This document shows positions 38,114 through 45,063 of a stretch of 64,000 nt of DNA, piece after piece. The translations under genes and the position numbers were made by a program. This stretch comes from Candidatus Nanohalarchaeota archaeon (lineage in GTDB: Archaea; Nanohalarchaeota; Nanosalinia; Nanosalinales; Nanosalinaceae). The number at the start of each line of letters is the position of its first letter. Within the stretch, counting starts at the first letter, position 1. The notes beneath the pieces are model-generated. The model saw only the letters and a list, made by a program, of their open reading frames with translations, did no database searches and was not told the origin of the DNA. Location of the stretch: positions 480,001-544,000 of the forward strand of contig JALDAJ010000001.1 in NCBI GenBank assembly GCA_022729235.1, given 5' to 3'.

Positions 38114-39148
38114 TTAAGGAACTGATTTGATCCTGACAGCGTCGTTCGTCTTTTTGATGCTCGTGTCTTTATCCTCAAGCTCGAACATAGCTCGGATCGC
38201 GTCAACGTTGTCCGGGACGACGATCGCCTCCTGGTGGACCATGTGGATCCAGTAAAGCGTTCCGTTCTCAACTGTTACGGTTTCCTCCCAGACCGCTGCT
38301 TCATGCATATCGCTTCTCTCGCTGTGAAGGTCGCGCATCCTCTCGTGTATCTTCCCTGTGGAGTCGTAGCCGTCTCCGGCAGAAACTAGCGAGACGCGCG
38401 GCTGTTCTTCGAACGCTTCCAGCACCTCTTCCTCGTTTGCTTCCTGTTCGAGTTCGACGTTGACCATGTGTACGTGCCCGTAGGTCACAGGGACTTTCAC
38501 CGCTAATGTCTTGATGTCTAGATCGGGCATCACTGCCTGGACGTCGGGTCCGTGGTGGCTTGGTACTTCTGTTACCGGAACCGTGGAGTTGATTGGTCCG
38601 CGTCCATCCTGGGGGATGTCGCCTCCACGTCTTACCAGCGAGGCGACTGCATGTTCGACTCCAAAGTTTTCGTCAACGGCGCTCATAGTCCTCGAGAGCG
38701 AAGTGGTGTTGCAGGATACGACTTTCACGAAGTCCTCACCTTCCGCTTCCTCGTAGTTTGCGTCGGCGTTGAATGCTACGGGCGCGATATCCTTGGGTGC
38801 TCCTCCCTGGAAGATAGCTTTAACATCGTTGGGTTCGTAGAGGTTCTCCTTGTTCTTCTCATCGATACCTGGCGGGGTACAGTCAACGACTACGTCTACT
38901 TCGCCGAGAACGTCCTCAAGGACGCCTTCGACATGCATACCGTCTTCTCTCAAGTTTTCTACTCCGTCCTCGCTGGACCCATAAAGAGAGGTCTTGTGAA
39001 GAGCTCCGTCTTCGCTGAGAACTGTTCGCAGCCCTCCGCTTGCAGATACGTCTGAAAGCCCGTAAAGCTCCATATCATCCTGTTTTTTGACGGCTTCCGC
39101 CACTCGTTTACCGATTGTTCCGACTCCGTTGACAACAACTTTTACCAT
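38114..39148 (-). CDS. gap: Glyceraldehyde-3-phosphate dehydrogenase, archaeal type II
   Basis: VNGVGTIGKRVA, IFQGG, VVSCNTT, PSHHGPDV, VHQEAIVVPDNVDAIRA. Confidence 0.96.
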   Translation of the reverse strand: MVKVVVNGVGTIGKRVAEAVKKQDDMELYGLSDVSASGGLRTVLSEDGALHKTSLYGSSEDGVENLREDGMHVEGVLEDVLGEVDVVVDCTPPGIDEKNKENLYEPNDVKAIFQGGAPKDIAPVAFNADANYEEAEGEDFVKVVSCNTTSLSRTMSAVDENFGVEHAVASLVRRGGDIPQDGRGPINSTVPVTEVPSHHGPDVQAVMPDLDIKTLAVKVPVTYGHVHMVNVELEQEANEEEVLEAFEEQPRVSLVSAGDGYDSTGKIHERMRDLHSERSDMHEAAVWEETVTVENGTLYWIHMVHQEAIVVPDNVDAIRAMFELEDKDTSIKKTNDAVRIKSVP

Positions 39149-39169
39149 ATTATCACGTAACATGTTACG
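39147..39169 (-). promoter_or_regulatory. Candidate operator at the gap start
   Basis: ATGTTAC-GTG-ATAATAT overlapping the ATG, plus an overlapping perfect palindrome CGTAACATGTTACG (39156-39169). Confidence 0.5.
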
Positions 39170-39232
39170 CTGGCGGGAATAAAAACGTGACTCACAGAGG
39201 ATTTTTATCCTGAACAGGAAAATCTTTTCCTG

Positions 39233-40012
39233 ATGGAAGAACTGCTTTCAAAGCTCTCGCGCGACCCTGACTCTCACAAAGGTGAGAACGGTCGTGTCGG
39301 CATAATAGGTGGCAGTGTTGACTATACAGGCGCTCCGGCGCTCGCCGGTAAGGCTGCGTTGAGGACGGGTTGTGACCTGGCGGAGATTTTAACGTCTGAG
39401 AAGTCACGGGAAGTGGTCGCGTCATTCTCCGAGAACCTGATAGTAGACTCTTACCCGTCCGGCTACCTGCGGAGGGGTGGTGCTGATGACGCTATTGAGC
39501 TGGCGGAGAGGAGTGACTCTGTTGTTATCGGTCCTGGTCTCGGGGAGCCGGATGGACGGGCTGTGAAGAAAGTGTTGTCCGATATAAAGGTGCCGACAGT
39601 CGTCGATGCGGACGCGATAGAACCAGCACTGGAAGCTGAGCTTTCGGACGCGGTCCTGACACCGCACCGTGGAGAGGCCGAGGTCATCGAGGAGCGCTGC
39701 GGTTCGATACAGGCGTTCGCAAAAGAGCGCAACGCTGTCGTAGTTGTCAAAGGTCCAACGGACATGATACACACGCCGAGCTATGTTTTCGAGAACGAGA
39801 CAGGTACTTCTGCTATGACGGTCGGCGGAACAGGTGACACATTAGCAGGTGTGATCGCGTCACTGATGTCACAGGGTCTTGAACCTGTAGAAGCTGCAAG
39901 GCTAGGAACATGGATCAACGGTAAGGCAGGAGAGCTGGCGGCGGAGAAGTATGGAAACGGTATGGTGGCGACGGACATGCTGGAGAACATTCCTGAGGTG
40001 ATGTGGCAATAA
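39233..40012 (+). CDS. nnrD: ADP-dependent NAD(P)HX dehydratase
   Basis: SHKGENGRVGIIGGS..YTGAP, IGPGLG, VDADA, LTPHRGE, GGTGDTLAG. Confidence 0.93.
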   Translation: MEELLSKLSRDPDSHKGENGRVGIIGGSVDYTGAPALAGKAALRTGCDLAEILTSEKSREVVASFSENLIVDSYPSGYLRRGGADDAIELAERSDSVVIGPGLGEPDGRAVKKVLSDIKVPTVVDADAIEPALEAELSDAVLTPHRGEAEVIEERCGSIQAFAKERNAVVVVKGPTDMIHTPSYVFENETGTSAMTVGGTGDTLAGVIASLMSQGLEPVEAARLGTWINGKAGELAAEKYGNGMVATDMLENIPEVMWQ

Positions 40013-40114
40013 GTATGTTTATCTCGTGGAGTTCTGTTTTAAGGGCTAAGTTGTTAGATAGGAGCGATGATGCGCTCCGAAGAATATTTAATTATTAGGT
40101 AGTGATGAACTAGT

Positions 40115-40561
40115 ATGCTTGGAGATGGTTATTCTTCTAGGAGAGATATATTACGAAAAGCTGCGATTTTTGGAGGAGGTTCGTTGGTTGCAGCTAGCGG
40201 AGTTATGGGGGGTACGTTCACTCTTGCCAGTTACGAAGAGAAGGATTTCGAAGGAGCATACGCCTTGCCCTACGGTGAAACAACTGAAATCACTGTTAGC
40301 GAGAATAATCACGGACAGTCAGTCCGGGAATCGAATCTCCCGTTTCCAGAGATTTATGATATGACTGCAGAGTCTGTCGGAGAGAGTCAGCTTGAGGTAG
40401 ATATACATAAGAGAGGTAGGGAAGAACCCGAATGGAGTTCTAGAGAAGTAGATACGGGTCAGCGCTACGGTTTTCCTGGGGAGGACTGGGACGTTAGTTT
40501 TCTACGTGACGAAGAGAATGAGAGAGCGTGGGCGATACTTGAATCGCCTGATACCTCCTAA
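40115..40561 (+). CDS. Hypothetical exported protein with a twin-arginine-like signal
   Basis: SSRRDILRK followed by the hydrophobic AAIFGGGSLVAASGVMGG. Confidence 0.6.
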   Translation: MLGDGYSSRRDILRKAAIFGGGSLVAASGVMGGTFTLASYEEKDFEGAYALPYGETTEITVSENNHGQSVRESNLPFPEIYDMTAESVGESQLEVDIHKRGREEPEWSSREVDTGQRYGFPGEDWDVSFLRDEENERAWAILESPDTS

Positions 40562-40725
40562 AACCTCTGATAAAGCCTGTTAATTTGAATGTGATTTACA
40601 AGGTCTTGACATGTTTCGTGAGTCGAAACCTTGTCTGGGCTCCTATAGTTGGTCACTTGGAGCGGATACCGGAGCCGAAAACGGTGGCGGCTGGCGACTG
40701 AGCCCGTTGCACTTGTATAGTCTCC

Positions 40726-41262
40726 CTATTTTCTCTTGATATTCTCCTTTTTCCAGCCGGGCTTGAACTCGTACTGGATGCCGGATTCTTCTATCTCTTG
40801 CGTGAATTCCTCAATTTTTCTCTTGGCGCATTTCGGTACAAGGTAGCTCCATTCCTCGCCGGAACGTATACGTCTCCTGACCTCGGTACCCGAGTATATC
40901 CCGGGGTCGAACAATTCCTGCTCTATAAGTTCTAGTCCTGTTTTTTCTTTCACGATTCTCTGGACTAGGTCGTTCTGCGACATCACCGTATCTATATCCA
41001 GTTCTTCAAGTTTCTTCGCCCATCTCTTGTTTCCTTCTTCCGTCTTCTCCTCGTCTTCCAGCGGCAGGACTTCTATCTCGGGAAAACATGTTTGAATAAT
41101 TTCCTTTCTCTCTTCGAAGCTGAGCGGGTTTTCCTCCTCCCGCTCCTTGTCGGCGCTACCAACTATTATCGCCAGTTCGTCGAACTCGTCCCTGTATTTT
41201 TCCACTACCTGCTGGTGTCCCTGGTGGAAAGGCTGGAACCGTCCGAGGAATCCGGCGGTCAT
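40726..41262 (-). CDS. nadM: Nicotinamide-nucleotide adenylyltransferase
   Basis: GRFQPFHQGH, VGSAD...NPLSFEER, SGTEVRRRI. Confidence 0.92.
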   Translation of the reverse strand: MTAGFLGRFQPFHQGHQQVVEKYRDEFDELAIIVGSADKEREEENPLSFEERKEIIQTCFPEIEVLPLEDEEKTEEGNKRWAKKLEELDIDTVMSQNDLVQRIVKEKTGLELIEQELFDPGIYSGTEVRRRIRSGEEWSYLVPKCAKRKIEEFTQEIEESGIQYEFKPGWKKENIKRK

Positions 41263-41687
41263 TTTTCGGGTCTGTAATTTTGTAGATTGACGGCTTTTGA
41301 GAATGTCTCCACTATCTCGTCGTCTGTTGTCAGGAGAGTTGCTTCAAGATATTCTGCTAGTGCTGTGTAAGTTGCGTCATAGACAGTCATATCGAGTTCA
41401 AACGCTTTCTCGATTGCAAGCTGTATTACCTCGTTACTCGGCGCCAGTACGTCTATTTCCATATCAAGGATGCTCTGGTAGGCTTTCTGAACGTCTCCAT
41501 CGTCATATTTAGGATTGTATCTGAGTGCGTTGGATAGCTCGTAAAGTATAAGGTCAGGAACCACTATCTGCAGGTTGTCATCTATGTATGATTGTCTGAC
41601 TTCGAGCGCTTCTTCAGTAAGTTCTTCGTCTGAGAACCACTTAACGGCTACTGAAGCATCGACAACCACTATCTCTTTTGGCGCCAT
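41259..41687 (-). CDS. vapC: PIN-domain (VapC) toxin
   Basis: VVDASVAVKW, LYELSNAL, TVYDATYTALA, LLTTD. Confidence 0.92.
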   Translation of the reverse strand: MAPKEIVVVDASVAVKWFSDEELTEEALEVRQSYIDDNLQIVVPDLILYELSNALRYNPKYDDGDVQKAYQSILDMEIDVLAPSNEVIQLAIEKAFELDMTVYDATYTALAEYLEATLLTTDDEIVETFSKAVNLQNYRPEK

Positions 41688-41815
41688 TTCCTGATCTCCT
41701 CTTCTCCGTTCCAGTCGCTAGACTTAGATCTAAGTTCGTCCTGGATGGCTATAGCTCTTTCAATGCGTTCCTGATTCTTTATTCTCTGTCCGGCGGACTC
41801 TATGGCTGTACCCAT
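41669..41815 (-). CDS. Putative antitoxin, 48 aa (not in the ORF track)
   Basis: MGTAIESAGQRIKNQERIERAIAIQDELRSKSSDWNGEEEIRKWRQKR; overlaps the vapC start; W.G.EEIRKWR is a VapB-like tail. Confidence 0.7.
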   Translation of the reverse strand: MGTAIESAGQRIKNQERIERAIAIQDELRSKSSDWNGEEEIRKWRQKR

Positions 41816-41856
41816 AACTTTTTTTCTCTCCCAACAAATAATAGCTTTAGGATTTA

Positions 41857-42450
41857 TTAACCGAAAATCCGGTCACCTGCTTCTATCACGTCTGAGCGTT
41901 TAAGCTCCGGTAATTTGTTGAGGTCGTGAGCTTCGAGTAGCTCCTGCCCGATGTAGTATGCGGTGCTCCAGATAGGGTCGTCTGCCTCGAACCAGACCGC
42001 TTCCTCGTCTAGGCTTTCCCTGACCTGTGGCCAGGCATCTTCTAGTTCACTTTTCGACCACTCCAGGTTTTCCGAGGCTGTATCTTCGTAAACCCTGTCC
42101 AAAAACTGTAGCGCGAAAGCTTCCATAAGGAGCTCCTGCCAGCCGAACTGCACCTCGTTTTCCATCCGTTCGGCGAAGAGCGATCGGCCGTATGAGTATG
42201 CGGTGACCGGTCTCAGGTCGTTTTTCCAGTCATCGACTGTAGAGTTGAACTCCAGGTAGATGAACTCCCTGTCCCCCGACGCTCCCGATGCCCCGCTAGG
42301 ATTCTCGATTTCTGGCGGGGGAAACAGCCATCCTAGCGATATCTCGAAATCTTTTTCCTTCTCCTCGACGGTTTTACAGGTCGCAATCGCTTCCTCAACG
42401 ATCTGCTTCGCCTGCCTCAGCTCGTGCTCCTCCGGCTTGATTGAATAGCT
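41857..42450 (-). CDS. Hypothetical protein, possibly a degenerate DUF2268-like Zn peptidase
   Basis: GASG, LRPVTAYSYGR at the expected HExxH position, LMEAFALQF, YYIGQEL. Confidence 0.45.
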   Translation of the reverse strand, partial: SYSIKPEEHELRQAKQIVEEAIATCKTVEEKEKDFEISLGWLFPPPEIENPSGASGASGDREFIYLEFNSTVDDWKNDLRPVTAYSYGRSLFAERMENEVQFGWQELLMEAFALQFLDRVYEDTASENLEWSKSELEDAWPQVRESLDEEAVWFEADDPIWSTAYYIGQELLEAHDLNKLPELKRSDVIEAGDRIFG

Positions 42451-43007
42451 CATTTTTCTTCCCACTTGATACTGCAGCCCTGTGAAGGTTTTTGTTCTTT
42501 CGGTGGGTCGCGTCTTTTCAGCATGTCTTGGATAACCTCCTTCATCTCTCTTTCATTGACCTGCTCGTCCGGTGAGGTCTTGTCGTTCAGTCTTCCGTGA
42601 TAATGTAAGCGGTGGCGCCAGTCAAGCAGGAACGGGTCGGGTGTGCATTTCGCGCCGTATGCTTCTGCGACTTTCTGTTCCCGATCAGCGAGGTAGTAGA
42701 AGTTCTGGGAGTTAAGACCGTTCTCCTCCACTAACTCGCCCATCTTTTCCACCGCGTCGTCCGGGTGTGTTTCTGCGTTGGGGTTGATGCAGACTACCGC
42801 GATAGAGGAGAACTCTTCGTCTAGTTGCCTCAGTTCTTCCAACTGTGCCTTAACGTACGGACAGTGGTTGCACATGAATACTACTAGCACGCCGTCGTAG
42901 TTGTCGAGGTCGCTTAACGCAACTTTCTGACCGTTGTAAGATTCAAGTTCGAACTCTGGTGCGTTTTTCCCAACCTCGATCTTTGACTCGGACTGTGTTA
43001 GTGCCAT
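42450..43007 (-). CDS. Thioredoxin-like/AhpC-TSA family protein
   Basis: APEFEL, FMCNHCPYV, AYGAKCTPDPF, PSQGCSIKW. Confidence 0.92.
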   Translation of the reverse strand: MALTQSESKIEVGKNAPEFELESYNGQKVALSDLDNYDGVLVVFMCNHCPYVKAQLEELRQLDEEFSSIAVVCINPNAETHPDDAVEKMGELVEENGLNSQNFYYLADREQKVAEAYGAKCTPDPFLLDWRHRLHYHGRLNDKTSPDEQVNEREMKEVIQDMLKRRDPPKEQKPSQGCSIKWEEK

Positions 43008-43038
43008 GTACTGTTAATAGGGATGAAAGAATTACAAA

Positions 43039-43323
43039 TTACCGGTTGTATAGTTCCTGGGTAACTTCATCATAGTCGAAGTTCTCCTTGAAGTAAGCCA
43101 AGACTTTAACGTCTTGAGGGATGAGATCACATTTCTTGGTTTCTACCGCGCTATAGTAATCGAATTCTAGTTTGAGTGTTGGTCCTTCGTATACGACTGT
43201 CTCTCCATTGAAGTTAACGTATTCTTCATCTCCCGATAATCTCTCGAGTTCTGCTCTTGCCTGTCGAACTTCTTCTCTCCAGTGAGGAGTCTCTACTTCC
43301 AGGTGTTTCTCTAACCAGGGCAT
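43039..43323 (-). CDS. Hypothetical protein
   Basis: 94 aa acidic ORF with a TATA-like element upstream. Confidence 0.55.
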   Translation of the reverse strand: MPWLEKHLEVETPHWREEVRQARAELERLSGDEEYVNFNGETVVYEGPTLKLEFDYYSAVETKKCDLIPQDVKVLAYFKENFDYDEVTQELYNR

Positions 43324-43391
43324 ATCTTCTATCTCTGCTAGCTGAATATTATAAATCGAGCTATCGCCGACAAGATTTTAAGTCTGCCATC

Positions 43392-43408
43392 ATATTACTT
43401 CGTAATAT
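43392..43408 (+). promoter_or_regulatory. Candidate operator at the fba start
   Basis: Perfect inverted repeat ATATTAC-TTC-GTAATAT immediately before the ATG. Confidence 0.55.
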
Positions 43409-44197
43409 ATGAGAGACTTTGATGACTCCCCTATAGTCCGGAACGGAAACTCGTTAATACTCGCCTACGACCACGGTCTCGAGCACGGACCTGTGGATTT
43501 CGAACCCGTACCTGAAAGCGCTAATCCACGCCACGTTTTCGAGGTCGCGAAACATGAGGCGGTAACAGCTCTCGCGGTCCAGAAAGGTGTCGCGGAAACT
43601 TACTACCCTGAATACGAGGACGAGGTGAACCTCCTCGTGAAGCTTAACGGCACCTCCGATCTCTGGGACCCGGATGACTACTACTCGCCGAAGAACTGTA
43701 CGGTGCAGTACGCGGTGGAGGAGTTAGGTGCTGATGCTGTCGGTTTCACGATGTATGCGGGCAGTGATTACGAGGGCTCGATGTTCGAGGAGTTCCGTAG
43801 AGTGCAGGAAGAGGCTCGCAGGTACGGTGTTCCTGTCGTCATGTGGGCGTATCCTCGCGGAAGACCGATCAAGAATGACAAGAAAACATCTATAATTTCA
43901 TACGCTTCCCGAATCGGTCTCGAACTCGGTGCTGATATGGTCAAGTGCAAGTACCCGGGCTCGAAGACGGCGTGGGAAGAAGTAGTGGCGGTCTCGGGGG
44001 ACATGAAGACTGTGATGAGCGGGGGTTCAAAGACTTCTGATGAAGCATTCCTGGAACAGGTTCACAGCGTCATAAGTGCGGGCGGAAACGGTCTTGCCGT
44101 CGGTAGAAACGTGTTCCAGCGTGAGAACCCGGAAGCTATCCTCGACAAGCTTGAAGGAGTTATCTTTGAGGAAAAGCAACCTGACCAGGTACTATAG
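43409..44197 (+). CDS. fba: Class I fructose-bisphosphate aldolase (archaeal DhnA type)
   Basis: LAYDHGLEHGP, WAYPRG, ELGADMVKCKY, MSGG, GLAVGRNVFQ. Confidence 0.94.
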   Translation: MRDFDDSPIVRNGNSLILAYDHGLEHGPVDFEPVPESANPRHVFEVAKHEAVTALAVQKGVAETYYPEYEDEVNLLVKLNGTSDLWDPDDYYSPKNCTVQYAVEELGADAVGFTMYAGSDYEGSMFEEFRRVQEEARRYGVPVVMWAYPRGRPIKNDKKTSIISYASRIGLELGADMVKCKYPGSKTAWEEVVAVSGDMKTVMSGGSKTSDEAFLEQVHSVISAGGNGLAVGRNVFQRENPEAILDKLEGVIFEEKQPDQVL

Positions 44198-44207
44198 CTG
44201 ATACGTG

Positions 44208-45062
44208 ATGGATAAGGAGGAGACTGTAGACGAAGTTGTCAGGAGTGTTGCAGAGACCGCGCCACATATTTCCTCGGGTCTTATGCACCGCAGGGAGTAC
44301 GTTGGCGAACAGAATCCGTCGGATGAGGAGGTTCGCGAGGCGGATGTCTGGGCGAATGAATTACTGAAGGAGCAGATCACATCTATCGAGGGAGTGGGAC
44401 AGTTCGCCTCTGAAGAGGAAAAGATCATAACCGACTGTGGGGAAGGTCTCGCGGTGGCTATAGATCCTCTTGATGGCTCATCAAACATACCGACCAACAA
44501 CCTTATCGGCACCATAGTCGGGATTTACGATGGCGAGCTGCCTTGTAAAGGGGAGAACCTTGTCGCCGCTTTCTACGTGGTTTACGGCCCTCTTACAACG
44601 ATGATGGTGGCGTTGAACGGAGATGTGAATGAGTACGTGATCGAAGAGAGACCAGGTGATGATATCGAGATGTATCTCGTGGGTGAGGATCTGGAGATCG
44701 AGGATGACCGTATCTACGGGTTCGGCGGCAATAAGAACTGGACGGAGGAGTTCCGTGAGTTCGAGTCAGAAATCGCAGAGGATTACAAGCTCCGGTACAG
44801 CGGTGCATTAGTCGGTGATGTTAACCAGGTCATGCATCACGGGGGAATGTTCGCGTATCCTGAAAGGACGGACGCATCGAATGGAAAGCTCAGACTGCTT
44901 TTCGAGTGCAACCCCGTTTCCTACATAGTTGAATCCGCAAGTGGGGCTTCAAGTGATGGCGCCGGATCAATTCTCAAGGTTGAGGTAGAGGAGCTCCATC
45001 AGCGCGTACCGTTTTTCGCAGGACACACGGATATGATAAGAAAAATGGAGAACTCTCTATAG
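44208..45062 (+). CDS. fbp: Fructose-1,6-bisphosphatase class I
   Basis: FASEE, IDPLDGSSN, LRYSGALVGD, GKLRLLFECNP. Confidence 0.94.
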   Translation: MDKEETVDEVVRSVAETAPHISSGLMHRREYVGEQNPSDEEVREADVWANELLKEQITSIEGVGQFASEEEKIITDCGEGLAVAIDPLDGSSNIPTNNLIGTIVGIYDGELPCKGENLVAAFYVVYGPLTTMMVALNGDVNEYVIEERPGDDIEMYLVGEDLEIEDDRIYGFGGNKNWTEEFREFESEIAEDYKLRYSGALVGDVNQVMHHGGMFAYPERTDASNGKLRLLFECNPVSYIVESASGASSDGAGSILKVEVEELHQRVPFFAGHTDMIRKMENSL

Positions 45063-45063
45063 G

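Noticed and set aside
39215-39232. CAGGAAAA-TC-TTTTCCTG before nnrD as another member of the ribosomal hairpin family
   Set aside because: Different stem and loop, and no enclosed SD; a single unrelated inverted repeat
40598-40634. Hammerhead ribozyme (GTC...GAAAC closing stem)
   Set aside because: The CUGANGA core and a proper stem II are missing
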